In this document: positions 33,065-45,086 of the stretch, in pieces
Layout: every line of letters begins with the position of its first letter
Position numbering within the stretch: position 1 is the first letter of the stretch
NCBI RefSeq assembly: GCF_000142905.1
Contig: NW_013657637.1
Coordinates: 271,595 to 324,729, forward strand
Origin: Thecamonas trahens ATCC 50062
Taxonomy: Eukaryota > Protista > Apusomonadida
DNA: 53,135 nucleotides
Direction: 5' to 3'
Translations under genes and position numbers: made by a program
Notes under the pieces: generated by a model
The model's input: only the letters and a program-made list of their open reading frames with translations
What the model was told of the DNA's origin: nothing
The model's database searches: none

Positions 33065-33638
33065 CTACTCGGCGTACGACACGGCCTTGCCCGTCTTCTG
33101 GATGGTCTCAAACATGACCTCCTTGGCCACCGACCCGGTCACGGTCACCTTCTGGCCCTCCATGTCGATCTCAACCTTGTCCACACCTGGATCCGTCCCT
33201 CCCCTCATTGTCGTGAGTAAACGTACCGATGCCGGCCACTACGGCACAGACCCCCTCCCCTCCCCCCCTCTCCCCCCCCCCCCCTCCCTCCTTCCGCTCC
33301 ACACCGGCTCCACCCAGACGACCGCACCGCCCACACCTACCATCGACACGGTTGAGGGCCTTGGTCACAGCCCCGGAGCAGCCGCCACACGACATAGCAA
33401 CGTTAAAGGTGCAGGTAGTCTGCAACCCATCCCCCCCCCCCCATCCCATGCCCGACCCCAGCCCCAGCCATGACCACGTGAGTTGCTCGAGGTTGGTGGC
33501 TCCCTCCTTCCGCGCCCGTTCCTCCTCTCCACCTCCCCCCGGGGCCCCAACAGCGCTGGAGGACCCAACCACCGCCCTCCCTCCATCTCCCTCGGTCCCG
33601 TTCCCCTCTTGCGCTCTACCTACAGATGCGTCAGCCAT
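33065..33638 (-). CDS. ATX1: Copper chaperone ATX1/ATOX1 (71 aa), 3 exons: 33624-33638, 33341-33419, 33065-33186
   Basis: Spliced product MADASTTCTFNVAMSCGGCSGAVTKALNRVDGVDKVEIDMEGQKVTVTGSVAKEVMFETIQKTGKAVSYAE has the MxCxxC metal motif and KTGK. Both introns are GTAGGT...ACTCAC...CAG with matching phases. Confidence 0.93.
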
Positions 33639-33970
33639 GATGTGTAGTTGTTGTAATATACTATAGTCAATTGTATCCCTCCCCCCTTTCCGCCGGCTTA
33701 CTCACCGTCTGCCTGTCCGTCCACCTCTGCTGTCGTCACCACCTGTGCGAATTCTGTGGAAGGCCGGTCTGTCCGTCGGAAAATATTTTTCTCTCCCTCT
33801 CCGCCACACTTCCCCACCCCCCCCTCCCTCACCCACCCCCCCCTCCGGTCCTCACGACTAAAATATTTTTTGTCCTGCGGTGTCACCCCCCACCCCCCCT
33901 CCAAACGCTCATGCGGAATGAGGACGACGGCGGGTGAGGTTGGAGGTAGCAGAGGGTAACGACGCGTCTC

Positions 33971-35221
33971 ATGGCAGAACGAGGTGGCGAGGGGAGACAA
34001 AACGAGAGCAGGAGTGACGACGGTGGACGGCTTGTCCTCCTGCGGCCACATACGGGCGAGCCACGGACGGTACCGTCGGCTACCAATGACTCGTTCACCC
34101 TCGAAACCTTCCACGCTCTCCATGTAGCGGCTGCTAGTCAGGGGAAGATCCTCCTGCTCGCTGCGGTCAAGACGGGCTCGCGGACGGACGTGGGCAAGGT
34201 CTTCTTCTCGTACTACTCGGCGCATGGCATGAACAAGGTCCTGTTTCGGAGACTCCCGGGCTCACAGCGCCTTGTCTCGCGATATGATCCGGACAGGCCC
34301 TTTGCGGCCAAGAACCCAATGACCAACACAGACATCCTTGGTGAGGTCGAGTACTATGCCGTCGGCTTTTCAGATCGCGACGAGGTTATGGCCGCCTCGG
34401 GCTCCCGTCCGCGCTCCGGGAGCGGTGGCAGCCGTGAGAGTGGCGGCGGCGGCGACGAGGGCGGCGGCGGCGGTGAGGACGACGGCGGTGGCGGTGAGAG
34501 CGGCGGCGGCGGCGAGAGCGGCGGCGGCGACGAGGGCACGAGCAGGCGGTCAAGGACGTCGCTGAAGACGTACGGACCTGATGAGGACATTCCCGCGGTG
34601 TTTTTGGGCACAGACTACCACTATGTCCATGATCGGCGTTTGCGTGCGCTGTTCCGCGCCAACGCGCTCGAGGCCGACGATGCCGAAGTCATGCTGGACA
34701 CGCGTGGTATGCCGCGGCAGGGCGGTGGGCTAACAGTGGCGGACGCGGAGCTCGAGGCGCAAGTAGGCGAGATGATTGCGCGCATTGTGCGTGCGAGCGA
34801 GGGCGCGCAGGGAACGCGGCTGGTCCATGTTGCCTACGCGCGGGCGCTGCTGTACGGCATGCTCACGCTCGCATATCTCATTGTTGTCTCGCTTGTCATC
34901 CAGCATGGGATGGAGACCGTCATCTCGTCGTCGGTCCTTGTCCCAGACCTCTCGTGGTACTGGACGGCATTGCCGTTTATGTCGTTTCTCGCCGACCGCT
35001 ACACGGTGGCACTCTTTGACGTCCGCGAACGAACGCTGTGTGTCCTCGCCAAGCTCGCACTCTGGGTCGTGTACATCTTTCTGCCCATTGCCGTCTACTC
35101 TGACGCGGCGCGCAAGTACCTGCTCATGCGCGGTGTGCTGGACATCCTCTTCCCCATCGGCGCCGTCGTCTACACCTTTGGCCTCTACGTCTACCTCTCG
35201 GCGTGGACGAGCCTGACGTGA
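33971..35221 (+). CDS. Conserved hypothetical membrane protein, possibly DUF5092-like soluble domain plus ~4 C-terminal TMs
   Basis: FSYYSAHGMNKVLFR...AKNPMTNTDILGEVEYY...FLGTDYHY resembles a family I recall from fungi/microsporidia (not verified). There is a Gly-rich insert and a hydrophobic C-terminus. Confidence 0.55.
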   Translation: MAERGGEGRQNESRSDDGGRLVLLRPHTGEPRTVPSATNDSFTLETFHALHVAAASQGKILLLAAVKTGSRTDVGKVFFSYYSAHGMNKVLFRRLPGSQRLVSRYDPDRPFAAKNPMTNTDILGEVEYYAVGFSDRDEVMAASGSRPRSGSGGSRESGGGGDEGGGGGEDDGGGGESGGGGESGGGDEGTSRRSRTSLKTYGPDEDIPAVFLGTDYHYVHDRRLRALFRANALEADDAEVMLDTRGMPRQGGGLTVADAELEAQVGEMIARIVRASEGAQGTRLVHVAYARALLYGMLTLAYLIVVSLVIQHGMETVISSSVLVPDLSWYWTALPFMSFLADRYTVALFDVRERTLCVLAKLALWVVYIFLPIAVYSDAARKYLLMRGVLDILFPIGAVVYTFGLYVYLSAWTSLT

Positions 35222-35367
35222 GCGCGCCGTTGCGTGATGGGATTTGATGAGATGAGTTTGTTTGTTTCGTGTGAGATGATGTGGTGGTAGTACAACAACG
35301 TAAAACGGATTACGGACGCGAGCGCCGTGAGCGAGGCGTGGATGCAAGGTCACGAGGCGGAGGCCAC

Positions 35368-37438
35368 TTACTTCTTCTTGGAGCCCTTCTTGCCCTTCTT
35401 GGAGCCCTTCTTGCCGCCCTTCTTGCCGCCCTTCTTACCGCCCTTCTTACCGCCCTTGGCGCTCTTCTTGGAGCCCTTGTCGCCCTTCTTGGAGCCCTTC
35501 TTGCCGCCCTTGGCGCTCTTCTTGGAGCCCTTGTCGCCCTTCTTGGAGCCCTTCTTGCCGCCCTTGGCGCTCTTCTTGGAGCCCTTGTCGCCCTTCTTGG
35601 AGCCCTTCTTGCCACCCTTTGCGCCCTTCTTGGAGCCCTTCTTGGAGCCCTTGTCACCCTTCTTCGAGCCCTTCTTCGAGCCCTTCTTCGAGCCCTTCTT
35701 CGAGCCCTTCTTCGAGCCCTTGTCGCCCTTCTTGCCCTTACCCTTGGCCGAGCCCTTCTTGCCCTTGCCCTTCTTCGAGCCCTTCTTGCTCGAGCCCGAG
35801 TCCGAGCCGTCGTCGGACGAGCTCTTGCCCTTCTTGGAGCCCTTCTTGCCCTTGCTGCCCTTCTTGGAGCCCTTTTGCCCTTGCCCTTGGCCGAGCCCTT
35901 CTTGCCCTTGCCCTTGGCCGAGCCCTTCTTGCCCTTGCCCTTCTTCGAGCCCTTCTTGCCCGAGCCCGAGTCCGAGCCGTCGTCGGACGAGCTCTTGCCC
36001 TTCTTGGAGCCCTTCTTGCCCTTGCCGCCCTTCTTCTTGCCCTTGCCCTTGGCCGAGCCCTTCTTGCCCTTGCCCTTGCCCTTGGCCGAGCCCTTCTTGC
36101 CCTTGCCCTTGCCCTTGGCCGAGCCCTTCTTGCCCTTGCTCTTCTTCGAGCTCGAGCCGCTGTCCGACGACGAGCCCTTCTTGCTCTTGCCCTTCTTGCT
36201 CTTGGACGACGCCGCGCGGGTGGTACCGTCGTCGGTCGACGAGTGCGAGTCAGCGCCCGATCGCTCGATGGCGTCAGGCAGAGCCTTGGTAAACGCGCCG
36301 AAAAAGTCGAGCACGGTCTCAACAGACTCATGCTCAACCGCAGCCTTCATCTCCTCGTACGACGCCCGCTTGTCCGACTTGGAGTCGATCGCCTTGAGCA
36401 CCTTTTTGGCAGCCTTGGCAATCTTCTCCTCGTCCTTCTTGCGGATCGAAAACGACGGCTTCTCGCCCTTGGGCACCACGCCGGGCGCGGCATAGGTCAC
36501 ACGCATCGCGCACCGCGCCACAGCCTCAAACAGCGTCGCAAGCTCAGAGGTGGAGAGATAGCCGTCGCCGTTCTTGTCAAACACCCGGAAGCAGTACTCG
36601 ATCTTCTTCTCCGGCTTGGCACGCCCCACAAGTGCAGAGTACACCGCCACCTCCTTGTAGTCGACCCACTGCTCACCGTCGTCATCAAACAGGTCGTAGA
36701 ACGACTTGATAAACTTCTTGTTCGTGATTCCGAGCTTGCCCATCGCCGTCTTCCACGCCTCGGGCGAGATGCCCGACTCACGCCGCGCCACGCGCTTGAG
36801 CTTGTTCTTCAGCCGGAACAGCTCCTCGCGGGTCACTGTATCTCCACCACCATGTGCCATTCGCAGCCCGCCAACCATCATGAGTCTCTCCGCTCTCCAC
36901 CCTCCGCCAACCGGTAACAGCCGCACCGAAGGAAATCGCCCAGTCAACGGAACGACGGCCAAGCGACGGTCACCCGCTGCTGCCTCGCTGCTTTGGCCAG
37001 CTCTTCTTCTTCGAGCTCCCTCCCTATCCAGGGCACCATGGGTGGCCCCAGGCCAACAACCAGGTCAAGCGGCCATGTGTACGGGACAAGACTCTGTTGG
37101 TAGCGTGTATGATTTGGTGTATGGCTTGGTACAGCTCCTGCGCCCGGTTGTTCGTCAGCGTGGGTCGCACCAACACCAAGCGGGGGCTCGGTTGGCGGGC
37201 GAGGGACAACGACAGCGAAAAAAAACTGACCGTGGGTTGAACCCAAACGGAACCAGACACTGCGAGCTGGGCTGCTGCTACGGGCAAGCAGGACAGAGGG
37301 GAGGGGGGAATGGTGCATGTGTGTTGAGGGGGAGGGGAGGGGAACTGGCAACGGAAGTACTGGCGTACGGTTGTCCTGCGACTTGACCTTCTTGAGGACC
37401 TTTGACGACGGCTTCTCAAAGCTCACGTTGGCTCCCAT
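35368..37438 (-). CDS. N-myristoylated EF-hand Ca2+ sensor (NCS/calcineurin-B-like) with a long Lys/Gly/Ser repeat tail. Exons 37369-37438 and 35368-36835; 1-nt deletion at ~35875; ~512 aa
   Basis: Exon 1 is MGANVSFEKPSSKVLKKVKSQDN (MGxxxS) followed by GTACGC. The acceptor TACAG restores NLTREELFRLK. EF-hands are DDDGEQWVDYKE and FRVFDKNGDGYLSTSE. The tail frame ends KKGSKKK-TAA at 35368. Confidence 0.82.
35371..36205 (-). repeat. Coding low-complexity tandem repeats (KKGSKKGDKG, KKGSAKGKGKG, SSSDDGSDSGS units)
   Basis: The plus strand is built of GAGCCCTTCTT / GCCCTT units, with higher-order duplicated blocks. Confidence 0.9.
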
Positions 37439-37577
37439 TGCTACTTTGTTTGGTTAGTTAGAGAGAGATGCTTCTAACCGCAGCATCCGCCAGACGCAGG
37501 CAGGCTCCCGCTCGGTTTCGCCGCCAGTCGACATACCGGCGAGATGCATGTTAGGCTTTATCTCGCAATTGGCAGAC

Positions 37578-40500
37578 TCAGTTAAGCTCGGCCATGACAG
37601 CGGCACGCTCATCGTCAGAGAGGCCAGCGAGGAGCGTGCGGAGCTTGCCGGCGAGGCCGCGGGCGACGGCGAGGTCGGCAGTGGAGACGCGGGCGTCGAG
37701 GTCAGCGCGGTGGATGGCGACGTATTCGGCGACGGCGCGGTCGTTGTCGAGGTCGACACCGGCGGCTGCGATCCAGGCATGGAGCATGTCAACGGCGGCG
37801 GCATACGAGGTGGCGGCGTTGCCGGCGACGAGCTTGCGGGCGAGGCCGTGGAGGCCGACACGGCGCGACATGCGCCAGTAGAAGAAGCGGCGGGCGTTGC
37901 GCCACGGGACGACCGACTTGACAACGCCCTTGGCGAGCATGCGGCCGGGCGTGTCGTGGAGGTCGGCAAACTGGACCGCGACCTGGCGGTAGTACGGCAT
38001 GAGGTCGTCCTGGCGGGCGGTGAGGGCGGCGGCGGCGGCAGTGGCGGCGTCCGAGCCGGCGTCGGCGGCGGCGAGCTCCTCGGCGAGGCGCTTGCACTCG
38101 TCGTCGAGACGGAGCATGGTGGCGCGCAGGTGGCGCTCCTTGTACTTGATCTCGACGGCACCGGCGGGCTCGAGGATGCCACCGCGGGCCGACTCACTCG
38201 CGTACATCTCGATCATGTCGGCGTTGATGGTGGTGTCGAGGACGACCCATGCACCGCCGCGGAGCTCGCCGTTGGGCGGGATGTAGATGGAGATGGGCTG
38301 CTTGTACTTGCGGAGGGCGTCGACAATGTGCGAACCAAACTTGAGGACCTCGTTGAACATGTCGCGCATGCCTCCCGAGAAGCCGCGCCAGTTGGCAAAG
38401 ATGAACAGCGGGAGCTGCTCGCCAAAGTTAAAGTCGTTGATGGCCTGGGCCGTCTTGGACGCCGAGTTGGGGTACCACACCTGGCCGGCCTCCGGGTACA
38501 CCATCTCCTGCGAGGTCTTGTCTCCGGGGTCGGCCGGCGCCACGGTGGTCACCGAACGGGTCTCGACGGCGATGACACCGACGGGCATGCCGCCGAGCCG
38601 CGCGCGGCCAGTCACCACCGTCCGGGCCCACCCAGCGAGCGTCTCGACAAACGAGTCGCGGTCAAAGAAGCCCGAGACCCAGCCGTCGGCGGCCGAGGCG
38701 CCGGCGAGCATCGCGCGCGGGTCGGCCGCGCCCGACGGCGGCAGCGTGTACGCAATGTCACGGTCCCAGCCGTCGACCGGCGACGGGAGGCACGGCAGCG
38801 GGCCGTCACGGACGGCCGGCACGTACGAGATCCACTTGACAATGTCGCGAACGCCGTCGAGGTTGTTCTCGCAGACTAGGTGCGAGACGCCGTTGGCGTG
38901 CATGATCTTGATGCCACCAAGCTGGTTGTTGGAGGTGTAGACCTGCGAGCCGAGGAGCTTGTTGAGCGCACCGGCGCCGGTGAGGAGAATGGGCGGGGAC
39001 TTGTGCTGCACAATGCGCTGCCCAAGGCGGACCAGGTACGCGCCGATGCCGACCGAGCGGCCCGAGACGAGCGAAATGGTAAAGACGTCTTCGTAGGCGA
39101 GCGATGTCTCACCGGCAATCATGCCCGAGGCACGGAGGTTCTCGACGCCGATGCCATCGGCGGTTCCGATGATGTCGACAATGCGCGCCACGCGCGTGCC
39201 ATCCGGCCCGTCGACCTCCTCCCAGTGAACCACATCGTTGCCGAGCTCAGCGGCGTCGTCGAGCTCGAGATAGAGGTACTCGGCGCCGCGCTCCGGCGCG
39301 GTCGAGTCGAGCCACGCAACCTTGAACTTGGCACGGAGCTCCTCGGCCATGCCGATGCGGGCACCCGAGTTGGCAGAGAGGTAGACGCGCGGAACGCCGA
39401 GCGAGCGGGCCATGGCCGAGGCCTGGAAGAAGAGCTCGTCTTCGGCCGGGCCAAACGAGCCCTGCAGGCAAGTGATGTCGTTGCCGACCACAACCACAAC
39501 CCGGCCAGCCGGACACTCGGGCGTGTACCACACACACTTCCACGCCACCATGCCGATGCGTGGCGGCGGGGCCGAGGCGTCAAAGGCGTTCGGCCAGGCA
39601 GCAAGCTTGCCATCGGCGCCGAGGCGGTACTCGGTGGCCTCGCAGCAGACGGCCGGGATGGTCGGCGGCGCCTCGCCGGCCTCGACGACAGCGGTGACGT
39701 GGCGGCCCCAGACTTGGCGGACGGCCTGGTCCATGACCTCGGGGAAGTCGTAGATGTAGACGGTGTCCAGGTTCTGAGCGCGGCGGCGGGCGGCCTGCTC
39801 CGGGTTGGGCAGCGCGTACGGGGTCGAGATGGGGAGCCCGTTCCACGGCGCGGGCTCGGCGAGCGCGCCCGGCTGCGAAATGGCGGTAAAGATGGGCGTG
39901 CCGTTGGGCGCATCGCCGAGCGTCTCGACGTAGACGTGGTAGCGGACGACAAAGCCCGAGCGCGACTTGATCTGGATGCGGACCGGGACAAAGGCGTCCG
40001 GGTCAGGCGAGCCGGCAAACTGGAGGTTGAGCTTCAGCTCAGTCTCCATGACACGGAGCTGGAACATGCGGCGGCCGTGGGCCTGGACAAAGCGGGCGCC
40101 AATGGCGCGAACCTCGTCGAGCGAGATGACCATGTTGGGGAGGAGGTTGATGAAGATGTGGTTAGAATCGGCCGAAGCGAGGTTCGGGTGCGTCACGTTG
40201 ATCATCTGGATGGCGTCGAGGGCATCGACAAGGATGCGCTCGCCCTCGGTTGCCAGCAGGTCGACGGTGGCGGCAGCGGTGAACGACTCGGGATCGCGAA
40301 CAATCGACCGGACAAAGATGCGCTCGGCAGTGCCAGCCGGAGCGCCCTTGGCATGCGCGGCGTAGACATGCAGGTGCGAGTGGCCAGTGGGAACGGCGCG
40401 GATGTTGTAGTTGGAGAGGCGGCCGATGTCGAGCTGGAATGCCAGCGGCGGCTCGATGTACCGGTGGATGCCGTCCTCGGCGTACTCGAGGTGGCCGCGG

Positions 40501-43500
40501 TAGGTGAAGAAGACCGGGTACGAGCCCTCGACCACGAGGCCGAGGGTGATGCGGCGAACGCAGAGCTCGCGGAGCGTGGCCGAGCGGGCTGCGTCCTGAA
40601 GGAAGGTGCCAAAGGCGGCGGCGGCAGCCTCGGCCTGGCCGGGGGCGAGCGGGCCCTCAACCGCCACGATAAAGTTGATGATGTTGACAAACGAGAGCGG
40701 CGAGGAGGCCGGGAAGCCGAGGGTGTGGGCCGGCGGGGTGTATGCGGCAAGGAGGGCATCTGCCGAGGCGTAGAGCGCGTCCATTCCACCGTTGACGGCG
40801 TACATGACGCCGTAGCGGTGCTCACCCGAGTTGCCCGACGGCGACGGCAGCGGCAGCGACGCCATCTCCGAGATGGCGGTCATACTAGGTGACGAGTGGA
40901 AGCCGGCGACCGAGGTCCGGGTCGCGAGGTGGCCCGAGCTCGAGGTGGCCGACACTGACGCAGCGTCCATCGACGACGCCGATGAGTTGCGGCTCGACGG
41001 GGTCATCGGGCGCGACTTGCGGACCGGAAGGTTAAAGTGGAAGGCGACGGCGGCGACGAGGCTCTCGACGCCCTCGGGCACGACCGGCACAAACTCGAGG
41101 ACGTCGTACGCGCGGTAGGTGCGGATGATGTAGGCCTTGAGCGCGAGGTCGGCAAAGGCGGTGGCAGGGTCGGTGAAGAACGGCACCAGAACGTCCGAGA
41201 GCGACGAGGGGCGGTCGACGAGGCGAGTGAGCAGGCCGTGGTGCTCGTCGGGCGAGGCGCCGGCGACCGAGGCGAGAAGCTCGCCCATGGCAGCCTTGCG
41301 TTCGGCAAACGACGGGAGGTTGGCGTGGATGAGGAGGACGCGGGAGGCGAGAGCGAGGCGGGCGTGGCCCTTGCCGGTGAACGAGGCGAGTGCCTCGAGC
41401 TGGGACTGGTAGTCCTCGACGCACCCGATCTGGGCACGAGCCGACGGCGAGGTGGCGCCGCGGATCGAGACGTACGCGCGCGGCTTGACCGGGAGGTCGC
41501 AGTCGCGGAGCTCGGCGACGCAGGCAAGGAGCGCGCCGAGGACGGCGTTCTTGTTCTCGAGGCCCGAGTGCGAGCGGGCGAGGCCGACGACACGATCGAC
41601 ATCGTCCTTGTTCTCGTCGCGAAGGTCCCAGAGCACCTCTTCGCGGCGGGTGTTGCTCTGGCCGTACTGCGTCTCGACCGAGATGTACTGGTCCATGAGC
41701 GCCTTGACGCGCGAGACGGCGTAGGCCGAGGCACCGGAAGCGTGCTCGGTGAGGAGGGCGCGGAGGACGGCGACGTACGGGCAATGCCCTCGAGCGCTTC
41801 GGGGCGAGGCCGGCCTCGGTAGCGTCGATGGCGGCAAGGAGCTCGTTGGCCGGGAAGGCCGGGGCCGGGTTGCCGGCGGCGTCGGCGGCGTCGGCAGCGG
41901 CCTCAAACGAGTCGAGGAGCGCGGTGAGCGAGGCAAAGAGGGTGTCGGGCAGGCGCGACTCGATCGAGGCGAGGAGCTCAGAGACCTGGCAGAGAGCGAG
42001 CTTGGGGTCGCCGAGGGCCTTGACAAAGAGGGCGACGGCATCGGAGAGATTGCTCGGCGAGTAGCCGTCAAAGGCGGCGGCGATGACCTCGGCGGCGAGC
42101 TCGAGCTCCTTGTGCGGCTTGGTGGGGAGCGGGCGCGGCGGGCCAAAGGCCGGCGGGGCGCCATCGTAGGGCGAGGCGCGCTCGACGGCGGACACGTCGT
42201 CGAGGTCAAGCGTGGCAATGACCATGCCCGGGGCGAGGATGGAGCCCTCTGACTTGGAGAAGGAGATGACGCCTGCGGCTGGAGCAGCCATGGGCATGAT
42301 CATCTTCATGACTTCGACGTGGGCGATGGGCTCGCCGACGGCGACGTGCGAGTTGTCGTCGACGAGGAACTTGACAATCTTGCCTGGGGTGAGCGAGCGG
42401 ATGAGCGAGGGGTCAAACTCGTCCGAGAAGACGCAGGTGCGGCCGTTGACGACAATGCGCAGGCCGGAAGCCTCCTCGCGGGCGTACAGGGTGTGGGTCT
42501 TGCCGTCCATGTGGACGAGGAAGGTGCCGTCAACCAGCTCGACGAGCTCGGCGGAGGCGGTGGCGCCGTTGAGGGTGAGGGCGTACGAGGACTTTGCGGT
42601 GTGAACGGCCGAGAGCTCGTACTTGACCGAGTTGAAGATGAGCGTGACGGCGTAGTTGTTGTCGAGGAGCGAGAGAGGCGGGATCTGTCCGCGGGCGAGG
42701 GCAGCCTCAAACTCGTTGGCGCGCTTGGTGGCGGCGGCGTGAACGCGGGCGAGTGCGCCGCAGAAGACCTCGTCAAGATTGACGGTCCGGTGGAGGAGGC
42801 CCGAGCGGATGCGAGCGTCGAGCCAAGCAGTGGAAAACGTGTTGTCGACAAACTCGGGAGTCTCGAGGACGTTGGCGAGGTACTCGACTGGGGTGCGGAT
42901 CTCGCCGCGGATGACAACGTTCTGCAGGGCGCGGACGAGGGCGCGACGGGCGTCCTCGCGGGTGGGCCCGAGGCGAAGAGATGGCCAAACTGCGAGTCCG
43001 AGTACTCGTGGAGCGAGGAGCCGGCCGAAACTGAAAAGTAGCCCCAGACGTTGGTGGTGGAGGCAAACGATAGGTCGGTGATGAGTCCCGAGGTCGGCTT
43101 GAAGCCCTCCTCGGCGTTCTCCGCAGTGATACGGGCAGCAATGACGGCACACGACGGCTCAGGGCGGGCGGAGAGGTCAAACGGCGCTGTCTCGTTCGGG
43201 TCGAGGCCGTAGAAGACGCGGATTTCCGGAATGGCAAAGAGCGGAATGCCCATGGCGACCTGGAGCTGCGAGGCCGGGATGGAGACGCCGGTGATCATTT
43301 CGGTGACCGGGTGCTCGACCTGGAGGCGCGGATTGAGCTCAAGGAAAAAGTGGGCGTCGTCAAAGTAGAGATACTCAACGGTACCGGCCGAGACGTAGTT
43401 GACCTGCTTGGCGAGGCGGACGGCAGCGGCCTCCATAGCAATCTGCTGGTCGACGGTGGCGACGGTGACCGGGCCCTCCTCGAGCACCTTCTGGTGACGG

Positions 43501-44363
43501 CGCTGCATGGAGCAGTCGCGACCAAAGAGCGACATGGCGTTGCCGTGCATGTCGCAGAGCAGCTGAACCTCGAGGTGGCGGGCGGACGGCGCGAGCTTCA
43601 TGATGAAGATGGGCGAGCCGGGAACCTCGGCGGCGACCTGGCGGAAGGCGTCGACGACGGTGTCAGCCGACTGGACCATGCGGATGCCCTTGCCGCCGCC
43701 ACCCTCGGAAGCCTTGATCATGACCGGATAGCCGATGCGTTCGGCAGCATCCGACGCGTCGGCGGCCGAGGTGACGCAGGCCTTGGCCAGCAGGTCCGCA
43801 GGCACGGTGGTGGCACCGGCCGAGTCCTCGGGCAGCTGCAGCGAGTCGCCGGACCAGGGAAGGCACGGGACGTCGACAGACTGGGCGACAATTGTCGAAG
43901 CAATCTTGTCACCGAGAGCGCGCATGGCGTCACCGGACGGGCCGATAAAGACAATGCCGGCTGCGTCAAGGGCGTCGGGCAGCTTGGGGTTTTCCGAGGC
44001 GTGGCCCCAGCCGGCAAAGACGGCGTCGACGCCAGCCTTGATGGCGACGTCAACGATCTGGTCGACATTGGCATAGTTGTTGTTGTTCGTCCCGCCAGGC
44101 ACCTCGATGGCCTCCTCAGCCATGCGGATGTACGCGGCGTTGGCAGCAAGGTCCTCGGGCGTCACCATAACCACAAACTGGATGGCTGACTCGGATCCAA
44201 AGGTGGTGTACGCCCAGTCACGGACCGACCGGATGGTCTTGACAGCGGCAATGCCGTTGTTGGCCACCAGACACTTGCGAATAACGCGCGAGCCTCCCTT
44301 GGCCTTGACATACGACTCAACATCGGGATACGTGCCTAGAGCAGGCCCACGGACCGAGGCCAT
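37578..44363 (-). CDS. ACC1: Multidomain acetyl-CoA carboxylase (BC-BCCP-central-CT), ~2,260 aa, with apparent assembly frameshifts at ~42965 and ~41780-41804
   Basis: BC: [54 protein letters not shown]. Biotinyl motif EVMKM. CT: NDIT...[42 protein letters not shown]. Confidence 0.97.
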
Positions 44364-45086
44364 CTTGACAAGGGTGTCTTCAATCCTTCAAATTCCGTAA
44401 ACCGCCACGTGAGCAAAGCCAGGTGGGCTATGGGCCAAGAGAGGGGGGATGGAGGAGCAGTGCGCGGAAGAGGGTTTTTGTGTGTGTACGTGTATGTGCG
44501 TATGTTTGTGTGGGGGAGGGGGAGGAGGGAGGGAGGAGGGAGGGAGATAGTGGGTGTACGTACTGTGTTAGAAGAGGGGTGGCTGAACAGCAACGGGAGC
44601 AGCTGTTGGTGAGGTGGCAGCCGAGGTGGCGGAGGTGTCGGCAATTCGGAATTTGTTACTGCTGCCTGCCTGTTGCGTTTGGAGTGGAGGTGGAGACGGG
44701 AGGGGGGGAAGGGGGGGGAAGGATGATGGAGGGCCCCTTAGCCGCCCCATCCTCCCGCCCGCCATCCATTCCCTCCCCTCCCTCCTCTTCTATCTATCTC
44801 TCAATGCATCTCTCTCCTCATCCGGCCCCGTGGGGGTGGGGGCGGGGGGGGGGGAGAGGGAGGGGGCACGTGCCATTATGGCTAACGTGTGTCGGTTGCG
44901 GCCACGTCGGTGTTGGCAGACTTCATGAAGATGTAGCAAAAAGATGACCGGATGAATGGATTGGGTGGTGGTGGGAGTGGAGGGATTGTAACGGAGAGGG
45001 GAGGGAGGGGTAGTGAGGGCGAGAGGGCACACGTCTCGGGAAGGGGGGAGGAGAGAGAAGACGAAACAGTCGCCACCGTTACTGCT

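Noticed and set aside
35310-35875. Arg-rich protamine-like C-terminus (RRAPRRAARR...) in ORF 35310-36962
   Set aside because: It is the Lys-rich repeat read out of frame after a 1-nt deletion at ~35875. The repeat unit continues unchanged and the Lys frame has its own stop at 35368.
35281-36917. Long plus-strand ORFs of Leu/Ala/Pro/Phe repeats (LLGALLAAL, EPFLP)
   Set aside because: Antisense shadows of the stop-free Lys-rich repeat.
41770-42980. ACC as a pseudogene or a split bacterial-like multi-subunit ACC
   Set aside because: All catalytic motifs are intact with no in-frame stops, and three single-base additions restore a normal ~2,260-aa protein.
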